Shown one piece after another: positions 32,290 to 42,614 of a stretch of 64,000 nucleotides of DNA; the first letter of the stretch is position 1, and every line of letters starts with the position of its first letter. Location of the stretch: contig CAVPCQ010000021.1 in the NCBI GenBank assembly GCA_963702425.1, forward strand, positions 123,118 through 187,117. The letters run 5' to 3'. Source of the stretch: an uncultured Acidobacteriota bacterium (GTDB lineage: Bacteria; Acidobacteriota; Polarisedimenticolia; J045). The position numbers were made by a program, and so were the translations under genes. A model generated the notes under the pieces. The model made no database searches, was not told the DNA's origin, and saw nothing but the letters and a program-made list of their open reading frames with translations.

Positions 32290-34226
32290 GCCTGTGCCGG
32301 CAGCTCGACGTGAAACACCGCCCCTTCGCCGTCGCGGTTCTCGGCCCAGATCCGGCCGCCGTGCGTCTCGACGAGGGTGCGGGCGATCGGCAGGCCCAGT
32401 CCCATGCCCGCGCGCTTGGTGCTGAAGAAGGACTCGAAGAGCCTCGGCAGGTGCTCGGGCGGGATGCCGTGGCCGCGATCGCGCACCGTGATGGACGCGC
32501 GGCCCGCGCCGTTTTCGACCACCACGAGGACCGTGCGCCGGGCCTCGGGCGCATCGGCCACCGCGTCCAGGGCGTTGAGCACCAGGTTGATCAGCACCTG
32601 CTGGATCTGGATCCGGTCCCCGACCACCGTGACGGGAGTCGCCGCGGGCCGGACGTCGAGCGTCACGCGCCGTCGCTTCGCTTCCGCCCGCAGCACCGAC
32701 TCGGCATCGCTCAGCGTCTCGTTCAGGTCGAACGGCTGCAGCTCGACCTCGTGCCGGGCGAGCAGCGTCCGCAGCCGGCGGATCACCTCGCTGGCCCGCA
32801 GGTCGTCGCGGCGAATGTCGGCGAGGATCTCGCGCAGCTCGTCGCGCCGATTCACTCCCGACTCGAGGATCAGCTCGGCGGCCTCGGCGTTGCTCAGGAT
32901 CGCGCCGAGCGGCTGGTTGATCTCGTGGGCGATCGAGGCCGTCAGCTCGCCCGCGACCGCGAGCCGCGACGCATGTGCGAGCTGAAAGCGCTGATTCTCC
33001 AGGGTGCGCTCCGTCTGGCGACGGCGATGGCGTTCAACGAGGAGCCCGGCGATCAGCAGCGTCTGGAGCAGGAAGGCGACGACGGCGACGATCGACTCGG
33101 TCCGGTGAGCCTCCAGGAACGAGGGCGTCCTGAAGAGCACGACGGCGTCGCCCGGGATCGCCGCTTCGTCGATGCCCCAACGGCGGACTTGCCGCCAGTC
33201 GACGGTCACGGTCGTCGGCATGATCTCGGGCAACTGGATCGAGGCCGGCGAAGCGCCGTCCAGCAGCGCGTTCACGACCTGTCCCGCCTGCCTCCCCATG
33301 GCCTCGAAGCTCGCCACGCGGCCACCCACGACCCCCGTACCCAGGAATGTGCTGAACGGGCCGTACACGGGTGCGCTCGCCGCGGCGGCCACCATCTCGG
33401 CGGACTCTCGCGGGGTGATGCTGCGTCCGTTGCCGTCCTGGAAGTAGCCGGGCGTGAACACGATCTCCTCCGGCCCCGGCCTTCCCAACCGCTCCTGCAG
33501 CGCGCTGGTCGGTAGCCCGGCGAGGAACTCGACCGCTACGCGCCCCTCGAACCGACCGACCTCGTCGCGCAGACGGGCTTCGACCTCCCGGTCCGGTGCG
33601 GCGGCGCCCGTCACCACGACCAGGCGTCGGGCCCGCGGATGCCAGCGAAGCGCCAGGTCGATGGTCCCGGCGTAGTCGTAATCGACGGGGACACCGATCA
33701 CGTCGTCCGGCAGCGGCGGGATCGCCTGCAGGGCCGCCCGGGAAATGCCCATGTAGACTACCGGGAGCGTCGGGAACAGCTCCGCGCGGTGGTGCAGCAG
33801 GAATTCGAGCGCGCCTGCGCCCGCCGCGATGACCACGTCCGGGGGGTGCAGGGCGTACTTCTCCTGCAGGAACACGGTGAAGGCGTGAGCGTAGGACTCG
33901 CCCTCGAACGCGGGATAGTCGAGGAACTCGGCGTGCAGCTCCGTGGGCCGATCCCGCGACTTCGCGATCGCTTCCTGCAGCCCCCGATCGGCGTCGACGT
34001 TTGCCGGCAGCATCCGGCCGTTGGAGTAGAGCACCAGGACGTGCCTGGTCTCCCCTGCGGACATTGCCGGACGGCTGCCTGCGACGACCAGTCCCGCGAC
34101 GGCCAGGACGCACGCGCACCGCAAGGCCGAGCACGCGGACCGCGGCGGACGCGACGTGGAATCGACCCGCCCCTCCCGGGAGGGCTCGAAGCGGGGTGCG
34201 CCCGGACGATGCGAGCCACGGTTCAC
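32286..34226 (-). CDS. Membrane sensor histidine kinase with ABC substrate-binding-like periplasmic domain (start uncertain)
   Basis: IAHEINQPL H-box, NLVLNA, DRGHG, GMGLGL; TM helix before the kinase core. Confidence 0.88.
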   Translation of the reverse strand: MNRGSHRPGAPRFEPSREGRVDSTSRPPRSACSALRCACVLAVAGLVVAGSRPAMSAGETRHVLVLYSNGRMLPANVDADRGLQEAIAKSRDRPTELHAEFLDYPAFEGESYAHAFTVFLQEKYALHPPDVVIAAGAGALEFLLHHRAELFPTLPVVYMGISRAALQAIPPLPDDVIGVPVDYDYAGTIDLALRWHPRARRLVVVTGAAAPDREVEARLRDEVGRFEGRVAVEFLAGLPTSALQERLGRPGPEEIVFTPGYFQDGNGRSITPRESAEMVAAAASAPVYGPFSTFLGTGVVGGRVASFEAMGRQAGQVVNALLDGASPASIQLPEIMPTTVTVDWRQVRRWGIDEAAIPGDAVVLFRTPSFLEAHRTESIVAVVAFLLQTLLIAGLLVERHRRRQTERTLENQRFQLAHASRLAVAGELTASIAHEINQPLGAILSNAEAAELILESGVNRRDELREILADIRRDDLRASEVIRRLRTLLARHEVELQPFDLNETLSDAESVLRAEAKRRRVTLDVRPAATPVTVVGDRIQIQQVLINLVLNALDAVADAPEARRTVLVVVENGAGRASITVRDRGHGIPPEHLPRLFESFFSTKRAGMGLGLPIARTLVETHGGRIWAENRDGEGAVFHVELPAQA

Positions 34227-34387
34227 GACCCGCGAAGGGTAGCACCGGGGGCCCGGGGCGCGGGGAACCGCGCGGGACCGGGGGACTTCCCGAGTTCATC
34301 CAAGACGAGTAGCCTCCCTTCCGGCCTGGCCGGCATTCACCTGCCCGGGCATCCCCAGGCATCGAACGCAACGAGAGGGGTGGCTTC

Positions 34388-36802
34388 ATGGAGAGAGTAC
34401 CGTTCGCTGCCGTCGCCGCCGCGATCGCGATCCTCGGCCTCGCGGCCTGCTCCCGCGACGAGGTCCGGCCGGCCGCTCCCGGTTCGTCGTCCGGTCCACC
34501 GCCCGGCTACGCCGGCTCGTCGAGCTGCCGCGAGTGCCACGAGAAGTTCTACCAGCTCTGGTCGACCTCGATGCACGGCCTGGCGATGCAGCCGTACGGC
34601 GCCGAGTTCGCGAAGGCCCGCCTTTCCCCCCAGTCGCAGCCGGTCACGATCGGCGAGTACACCTACCGCGCCGACATCGCCGGGCCGAGCGGGGCCATCG
34701 TGGAGACGGGACCCAGGGGCGAGAAGCGGTATCCGATCGAGCAGGCCCTCGGCGGCAAGAACGTCTTCTATTTTCTGACCCCCTTCCCCAACGGCCGGCT
34801 GCAGACCCTCCCCCTGGCCTACGACGTCGGCACGAAGCAGTGGTTCGACGCCGCGGAGAGCGGCATCCGCCACTTCCCGGGCGCGCGCCAGAGCGAGGCC
34901 GTCCATTGGACGGACACGCAGTACACGTTCAACACCAGCTGCTACAACTGCCACGTCAGCCAGCTCTCGACGAACTACGACGCGGCGAGCGACACCTACC
35001 ACACGACCTGGACCGAGCCGGGGATCAACTGCGAGACGTGCCACGGCCTGTCGAGGAAGCACAACGAGATCGCCCGGGCGACTCCCAAGGGCCAGCCGCT
35101 CCCCGAGCTGGGCCTGATCAGCACCAAGACCATGACCAGGGAGCAGCGCAACGACCTGTGCGTCAGCTGCCACGCCAAGGGAAGCCCGCTGACCGCGACC
35201 TACCGCCCGGGAGAGCGCTTCTTCGATCACTTCGACCTCGCCACGCTGGAAGATGCCGACTACTACCCGGACGGACGCGATCTGGGCGAGAACTACACGG
35301 CAACCTCGTGGCGCATGAGCCCGTGCGCGCAGTCCGGCCAGCTCGACTGCCTCCACTGCCACACCTCGAGCGGCCGCTACCGGTTCAAGGACCCGGCGAA
35401 GGCGAACGACTCCTGCCTGCCGTGCCACGAGGAGCGGGTGAAGAACGCCCCGGCCCACACGCACCACCCCGAGGGCAGCCCCGGGAACCGCTGCACGGCC
35501 TGTCACATGCCGATGACCGCCTTCGCGCGCATGAACCGCAGCGACCACTCGATGCTCCCGCCCGCGCCGGCGGCGACCCTCGCCTACAAGTCGCCCAACG
35601 CGTGCAACCTGTGCCACCCGGAGCAGGACGCCGCCTGGGCCGACCGGCTGGTCCGCGAGTGGCGTCCCCGCGACTACCAGGCGCCGCTCCTCGAGCGAGC
35701 GGCACTGGTGGAGGCCGCGCGCAAGCGCGACTGGAGCAGGCTGCCGGCGATGCTGGCCTACATCCGGTCGAAGGACCGCGACGAGATCTTCGCCGCCTCG
35801 CTGATCCGGCTCCTGGCGTCGTGCCCCGACGAGCGGGTCGCCCCTGCCCTGCTGGTCGCTGCCAAGGACCCGTCGCCGCTCGTGCGCTCGGCGGCGATCG
35901 ACGGGCTCGCGACCAGGCCATCGCCACAGGCCCTGCGGGCCCTGCTCGACGCGACGGGCGACGCCTACCGCGTCGTCCGGGTCCGCGCCGCCGCGGGGCT
36001 GGCCGGGTTCCCCATGGATCGGCTCCCGCCGCAGCTCCACACGCAGCTCGAGCGGGCGGACGTGGAATACGTCGACTTCATCACGACGCGCCCCGACCAG
36101 TGGTCGTCGCACTACAACCTGGGCAACTACCAGATGAGCCGCGGAGAGACGGCAAAGGCCCTGGCGTCCTTCGAGGCCGCGCTGAAGCGCGAGCCGCGGG
36201 CCGTGCTGCCGATGGTCAACGCGTCGATCGCGTACGCGCGGACGGGAGAGGTCGACAAGGCGGAGCAGATGCTGGAGAAGGCACTCGCCGTCGCGCCGGA
36301 CAGCGCAGCGGCCCAGTTCAACATGGGACTGGTGAAAGCCGAGCAGAAGGACACGAAGCAGGCGGAAGTTCACCTCAGGAAGGCGGTCGCGCTCGACCCC
36401 GGGATGGCGCAGGCCGCGTTCAACCTCTGCATCGTGATCGCGCCGGACCGCGTCGACGAGGCGATCGCCTGGTGCCGGAAGGCGGCGGAGCTGCTCCCAC
36501 AGGAGCCGCGGTACGCCTCCACGCTCGCGTTCTACCTGAACCAGAAGGGGGACCAGGCGGGCGCGGTGGCGGTCCTGACTCGCCTGATCGGCGCCCACCC
36601 GGAACATCTCGACGCCTACACGCTGCTGGGCAGCATCTACGAGGGCCAGGGGAAGCGGTCGAAGGCGGAGGGCGTGTACCGCAAGGCGCTGGCTGCGGAG
36701 GGGATGGCCGGCCAGGACAAGGTCGCGATAGCGGCCCGGCTGAGCGCGCTGCAACGGGGCGGTGCGCCGGCCCGAACTCGGCGCCCGCCCGCCTCCCCCT
36801 AA
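34388..36802 (+). CDS. Octaheme cytochrome c fused to HEAT and TPR repeats, probable lipoprotein
   Basis: Eight CxxCH motifs (CRECH, CYNCH, CETCH, CVSCH, CLHCH, CLPCH, CTACH, CNLCH); lipobox LAAC; HEAT (DPSPLVR) and TPR C-terminal half. Confidence 0.88.
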   Translation: MERVPFAAVAAAIAILGLAACSRDEVRPAAPGSSSGPPPGYAGSSSCRECHEKFYQLWSTSMHGLAMQPYGAEFAKARLSPQSQPVTIGEYTYRADIAGPSGAIVETGPRGEKRYPIEQALGGKNVFYFLTPFPNGRLQTLPLAYDVGTKQWFDAAESGIRHFPGARQSEAVHWTDTQYTFNTSCYNCHVSQLSTNYDAASDTYHTTWTEPGINCETCHGLSRKHNEIARATPKGQPLPELGLISTKTMTREQRNDLCVSCHAKGSPLTATYRPGERFFDHFDLATLEDADYYPDGRDLGENYTATSWRMSPCAQSGQLDCLHCHTSSGRYRFKDPAKANDSCLPCHEERVKNAPAHTHHPEGSPGNRCTACHMPMTAFARMNRSDHSMLPPAPAATLAYKSPNACNLCHPEQDAAWADRLVREWRPRDYQAPLLERAALVEAARKRDWSRLPAMLAYIRSKDRDEIFAASLIRLLASCPDERVAPALLVAAKDPSPLVRSAAIDGLATRPSPQALRALLDATGDAYRVVRVRAAAGLAGFPMDRLPPQLHTQLERADVEYVDFITTRPDQWSSHYNLGNYQMSRGETAKALASFEAALKREPRAVLPMVNASIAYARTGEVDKAEQMLEKALAVAPDSAAAQFNMGLVKAEQKDTKQAEVHLRKAVALDPGMAQAAFNLCIVIAPDRVDEAIAWCRKAAELLPQEPRYASTLAFYLNQKGDQAGAVAVLTRLIGAHPEHLDAYTLLGSIYEGQGKRSKAEGVYRKALAAEGMAGQDKVAIAARLSALQRGGAPARTRRPPASP

Positions 36803-36910
36803 GATCTCACGCCCTGGCCCCCACGGGTCAGACCTCTCGGATCCCCACCGATCCTCCAGTTTCCCTCACCCCCCCCTCTCCCCCCGGCTTCCGAGGTCTC
36901 TCCTCTCCCG

Positions 36911-38273
<1,363 letters not shown>

Positions 38274-38303
38274 GGGAGCGGCTCCTCGGTTGGGTGTGCC
38301 GCC

Positions 38304-38345
38304 AGACTAGCGCGCCCCGGACGGGCCGGGGTTGACTTGAATCAA
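38304..38345 (-). promoter_or_regulatory. FNR/CRP-family box with class II promoter geometry
   Basis: TTGAT-TCAA-GTCAA (38345-38332, minus strand; consensus TTGAT-N4-ATCAA) and a -10-like TAGTCT at 38309-38304, which places the box centre at -41.5. Confidence 0.7.
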
Positions 38346-38386
38346 GGCCTGCCGGACGGGCCCGGGACGGGCTCCGGCGAGCGCGC

Positions 38387-38773
38387 CTACTTCGGCTCGC
38401 GCGCCTTACGCTGCATCACGGCCAGGTATTCATCCATCTCGCGCTCGCTGGCGAAGAGCGCCGTGCCGGGGAGCGCCTTGACGATCGCAAGGACCTTCTG
38501 AATCTGCGGCTGCAGGTTGGTCATCATGACCTGGCCGCCGGTCGCGGTGACCGTCTTCTGCGCCCGGAACAGCTCTCCAATCCCCGCGCTGGTGATGAAG
38601 TCGAGCCCGGCCAGGTCGAAGACGAGGACCTTCGGCCGCGGCGCGAGCACCGGTTCGATCTCCGTCGCGAAGCGCCGAGAAGTGTCCGAGTCGAGCCGGC
38701 CGCCGATGCTGACCACGACGGCTGGCGTGCCGCCGGAGAGATTGCGCTGGCTGACGTGCATGGTCATCGGCAT
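38387..38773 (-). CDS. STAS-domain anti-sigma-factor antagonist
   Basis: GRLDS, VFDLAGLDFITSAGI. Confidence 0.88.
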   Translation of the reverse strand: MPMTMHVSQRNLSGGTPAVVVSIGGRLDSDTSRRFATEIEPVLAPRPKVLVFDLAGLDFITSAGIGELFRAQKTVTATGGQVMMTNLQPQIQKVLAIVKALPGTALFASEREMDEYLAVMQRKAREPK

Positions 38774-38796
38774 GGGGGTTCCCTCCGGGATCCCGG

Positions 38797-40929
38797 TCAA
38801 TCTCTCTCACGGAGGGCGTTCTGTCCAAAGGGTCCGCCGCGCCCCCGCAGGAGCCAGGTCTCCATCGGTCCCTTCCCCTTGATTTCGACCGTGCCGCGCG
38901 ATTCGAACTCGTAGTCGTTCTTCAGAATTTCCCAGGTCGCCCGGGTGACGTGAATCGCTCCGGTGACGCCGTGCGACTCCATCCGGCTGGCGATGTTGAC
39001 CGTGTCGCCCCACAGGTCGTAGATGAACTTCGACGCTCCGATCACGCCGGCGACGACCGGGCCCGAGTTGACCCCGATCCGCAGCTCGATCGTGAGGCCA
39101 GTCTCCGCGCTGCAGCGCCGCGCCTCGTCGAGCATGTCGAGCGCCATCTCGATCATCCGCCGGGCGTGGTCTTCGGCCGGCGTCGGGAGCCCGGCGACGG
39201 CCATGTAGGCGTCGCCGATCGTCTTGATCTTCTCGACGCCCCGCCGCTGCGCGAGCAGATCGAAGCGGTGGAACAGGTCGTTCAGGAAGGCGACCACCTC
39301 GTTGGGCGGCCGCCCGTCGGACAGCACGGTGAAGCCGACGATGTCCGCGAAGAGGACCGAGACCTCGGCGAAGTTGTCGGCAATCGGGTTGGCGCCGGCC
39401 TTCAGCCGCGTCGCGATCGCCGGCGGGAGGATGCTCAACAGCAGCGCCTCGTTCTCCCGGTTCTTCAGCTCGATCTCGCGCGTCTGCTCCTCGATGTTGC
39501 CGGCCATGCGATTGAAGGTCGTCGCCAGCTCCGCGATCTCGTCCCGCCCGGTCACCGGGGCCCGCGCCGACAGGTCCCCTTCCGCGACGCGATGGGCCGC
39601 GTCGGCCAGCGCCTGGACCGGGCGCACGATCTGCCGCGCCAGGAACCCCGCCGCGAGCAGCGTCGCCCCCAGCACGAGCAGCGTGAACAGGATCAGCCGG
39701 CGCCGCATCGCGGCCAGCGGCGCGAGCGCTTCGGCTTCGTCGAGGCGCGCGGTGATCGCCCAGTTCAGGCCGTCGATCTTCAGCGGTCCGTAGGCGTCGA
39801 GCGTCGGGACGCCGGTGAGGCCGATTTCCGGGAGCGCCCCTTCTTCCCCTCGCAGCGCGGCCTCGACCGAGGGGAGCCGCGCGTCTTCCTGCAGCGTGGT
39901 CGAGCCGTAGGCCCGGATCCGCTCCAGCGTGTCCTCCGATACCCCCCGACCGCGCAGCATCGCCAGGTACTTCTCGCCGTCCTCGATGAAGCGTCGTGCG
40001 TTCGTGCGCAGCCGGAAGTCGGGACCGACGATGCGGGCGTCGCCCGTCGCGCCGAGGCCGTCACGCGACCAGCCGCGGTCGCCGGAGACGGCGCGGTCGA
40101 GTTCCCCGACACCGATCTCGAGCACGAGCACTCCGAGCGGCCTCCCGTGGTCGAAGATCGCCGAGCAGGCGAACGCCGCCGGGGCGCCGAGCGACGGCTC
40201 GAAATCCTCGAAGTCGGTCAGGAAGACCTCGTCGCCGCTCTTCGCCACGCGGCACTTCTCGAACGCGGCCGCGAGTCCCGTCCCCCGGTAGGGCCCCTTC
40301 ACCAGGCTGGTGCCGAGGTCCGGCTGCTTCATGACGGTGTAGACGACGCGTCCGGTCCGGTCGTCGACCAGCATCAGGTCGTCGTAGCCGAAGCGCTCGA
40401 CGAGCCGGCGGTAGGAGGGGTGGAAACGCGCGTGGACGTCGCTGTAGCGACTGCCGTCCGCGGCGCGGTCCAGCTCCTGCTTCCGGCCGCCCGGCGCGGG
40501 GTTCTTCACGAGGTACCAGTACTGCGCGTAGTGCGGGCCCCGGCCGAGCGGCAGATAGTCGTCGAAGCTCGAGCGCGGCGTCACCAGGTCGGCCAACGCG
40601 GGCAGGTAGTCCGTGCGGTAGTAGGCCGAGACGGCGTCCCTCAGGTCGGCCGGCGCTTCGGCGCCGTCGATCTCGCGGAACGCGGCCCGAAACTCCTCCA
40701 TCCCCTGCACGAACATCATCGCTTCGCTGAGCGTGCGGACGTGGTTGGTCACCGTCCGGAAGTAGCTCGCGACCGCGAACGCCTTGGCGCGGCGCACCCC
40801 GGTCAGCTGCCGCTCCACGGCTTCGATCATGCTGCTTCGCGCGTTGCGGTAGCCGATGGCGCTGGCCGCGAGCACGGCGGTGGCGCCGAGCAGGAGCAGG
40901 GCGAGCAGGAGGCGGGTGCGGATGCGCAT
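38797..40929 (-). CDS. Class III adenylate/guanylate cyclase with periplasmic Cache-like and HAMP domains
   Basis: Two TMs, HAMP DEIAELATTFN, VLFADIVGFT, KIKTIGDAYM, YDLWGDTVNIASRMES. Confidence 0.92.
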   Translation of the reverse strand: MRIRTRLLLALLLLGATAVLAASAIGYRNARSSMIEAVERQLTGVRRAKAFAVASYFRTVTNHVRTLSEAMMFVQGMEEFRAAFREIDGAEAPADLRDAVSAYYRTDYLPALADLVTPRSSFDDYLPLGRGPHYAQYWYLVKNPAPGGRKQELDRAADGSRYSDVHARFHPSYRRLVERFGYDDLMLVDDRTGRVVYTVMKQPDLGTSLVKGPYRGTGLAAAFEKCRVAKSGDEVFLTDFEDFEPSLGAPAAFACSAIFDHGRPLGVLVLEIGVGELDRAVSGDRGWSRDGLGATGDARIVGPDFRLRTNARRFIEDGEKYLAMLRGRGVSEDTLERIRAYGSTTLQEDARLPSVEAALRGEEGALPEIGLTGVPTLDAYGPLKIDGLNWAITARLDEAEALAPLAAMRRRLILFTLLVLGATLLAAGFLARQIVRPVQALADAAHRVAEGDLSARAPVTGRDEIAELATTFNRMAGNIEEQTREIELKNRENEALLLSILPPAIATRLKAGANPIADNFAEVSVLFADIVGFTVLSDGRPPNEVVAFLNDLFHRFDLLAQRRGVEKIKTIGDAYMAVAGLPTPAEDHARRMIEMALDMLDEARRCSAETGLTIELRIGVNSGPVVAGVIGASKFIYDLWGDTVNIASRMESHGVTGAIHVTRATWEILKNDYEFESRGTVEIKGKGPMETWLLRGRGGPFGQNALRERD

Positions 40930-40982
40930 CGGCGGGACCGCTGCGGATGATACGCTCGAAGGGACGCGGCGGGGCAGCGCCC

Positions 40983-42614
40983 TCAGAACCGATAGCTGAA
41001 GGAAGTGAAGAGCTGCCGGTTGTCCTCGATCCCGCCGGTCGTCTGCTCGAAGGAGAGCAGGTAGAGCCAGTGCCTCCCGAAGGCGATGTCGAAGTTGAGC
41101 CCGTACCAGAGCAGCTGCGTTTCCGGGACGTCGAGAGCAGTCCGGTCTCCCGGCGCGTGCCGCCGTCGAGCAGAACGTGGATGGTCGGCGTGATCGACGC
41201 TCCCAGCGCCAGCGAGAACAGCTGCCCCTTCGCTCGCTCGCTGTTGTAGTAAGTCGCGCGGCCTCCGACGTCGAGCCACGCGATCGGGAGCCGCGACGAC
41301 CCGAGGAGCAGCGAGTACGACTCGCCGTCCCCGGCGCCGCCGCCGCGGGCGAAGCGCGCGTTCACGCCCGCCGTCAGCCAGGGGAACGACGCCTCGGCGC
41401 GCGGCCCAGTAGCCCTCGCGGAAGGCGTCGTCGAACTCGATCAGCGGGTCGATGTAGTCGCGGTAGAGGAGCACGTTGCGCCGGCTGTCGATCCCGGCGC
41501 TCAGCGTGAACTGCTGCGTGACGCGGAAGCGCACCGTGCCGAAGATGCTCGTCGGCGAGATCGCGCTGCTCTCCTGCTCGCGCTTCCAGCCGCGGTTGAA
41601 GTCGATCTCCTGCGCCAGGTAGGCCGAGAAGCGGGGGGTGTCGTAGTAGCCCTGCAGGTAGAGGAACTCGCGGTTGATCTCCCCTTCCTGGTAGGAGCCG
41701 ACCAGGCCCATGGTGGCGCCCCAGTTGGACTTTCTCCCGGGCAGGCCGCGCAGCGTCGCGTAACCGCCGTACTGCCGGACGTCCGACGAGAAGCCGTAGG
41801 TGACCGGGTTCGGCTGCGAGCCGGCGAGGCCGCCGATCGACCAGCGCGGGCCGGCGTACTCGGCGAGCACGCCGTCGAACAGGCTGACCGTCGCCAGCGT
41901 CGGGGAGTACATCCGGCCGGCCACGACCCGCACGGGCACGTCGCGCCCCGTCCAGGAGGCGTTCGCCCGGTAGACGCGATTGGTCTGCAGCTGCGCCGAC
42001 TGGTCGCCCGAGACGCGGTAGCTCCGGTAGGTGCGGATGTCGACCTCGAGCCCCATCGGGCTGCCGCCGAGGTTCGTGCCCGCGATGCGCACGTCGACGC
42101 CCGGTTGGTTGAACTGGTAGCCGGTGTCCGGCTGCTGGACGAGGAGATAGCGCAGGCCGATCCGGCCGGCCAACCCCCAGTCGCGCAGCATCCCGCGGCC
42201 GCTGGACGCGCGCCGGGGCGCCTCTGCGGCCGCGGCCCCGGTCGCCGAGGTCGCCCGCGGCGGCAGGAGCTCGCCGCAGGCCTTGGTCGGATCGACGTGC
42301 GGGACGAAGCGGACGATGTCGCCGACGACGATGTCGAGGCCGGGGTCTTCGCGCCGGCATCCGGACTTGTGCGTGGAGACGACGAAGACATGCAGCCAGC
42401 CGACCACCGTGCCGTTGCGGACGACGTCGAGGACGTCCCCCTCCTGCACGCCTTCCTCGCTCCCGGCGTCGACGTAGACCGTCGCGGAGGTCAGGTAGGT
42501 GACCTTGGCGTCGCGGGTGACCGGTTCCGCGGCGCTCGCGATGCCGGCGGTCAGTCCGATCAGGACGAGCGCGACGAGCGCCGGCCAGGCCGACCGGTGT
42601 CGGTCACGGCCCAT
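40983..42614 (-). CDS. Outer-membrane beta-barrel protein (candidate porin partner of the multiheme cytochromes); two compensating frameshifts near 41400 and 41140
   Basis: Signal peptide IASA|A; small N-terminal beta domain (VYVDAGS..G...GD); many amphipathic strands; C-terminal FSYRF. The segment VNARFARGG...LLDGGTRRETG is in a neighbouring frame. Confidence 0.75.
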   Translation of the reverse strand: MGRDRHRSAWPALVALVLIGLTAGIASAAEPVTRDAKVTYLTSATVYVDAGSEEGVQEGDVLDVVRNGTVVGWLHVFVVSTHKSGCRREDPGLDIVVGDIVRFVPHVDPTKACGELLPPRATSATGAAAAEAPRRASSGRGMLRDWGLAGRIGLRYLLVQQPDTGYQFNQPGVDVRIAGTNLGGSPMGLEVDIRTYRSYRVSGDQSAQLQTNRVYRANASWTGRDVPVRVVAGRMYSPTLATVSLFDGVLAEYAGPRWSIGGLAGSQPNPVTYGFSSDVRQYGGYATLRGLPGRKSNWGATMGLVGSYQEGEINREFLYLQGYYDTPRFSAYLAQEIDFNRGWKREQESSAISPTSIFGTVRFRVTQQFTLSAGIDSRRNVLLYRDYIDPLIEFDDAFREGYWAARRGVVPLADGGRERALRPRRRRRGRRVVLAAPRVVAAPDRVARRRRPRDLLQQRASEGAAVLAGAGSVDHADHPRSARRRHAPGDRTALDVPETQLLWYGLNFDIAFGRHWLYLLSFEQTTGGIEDNRQLFTSFSYRF

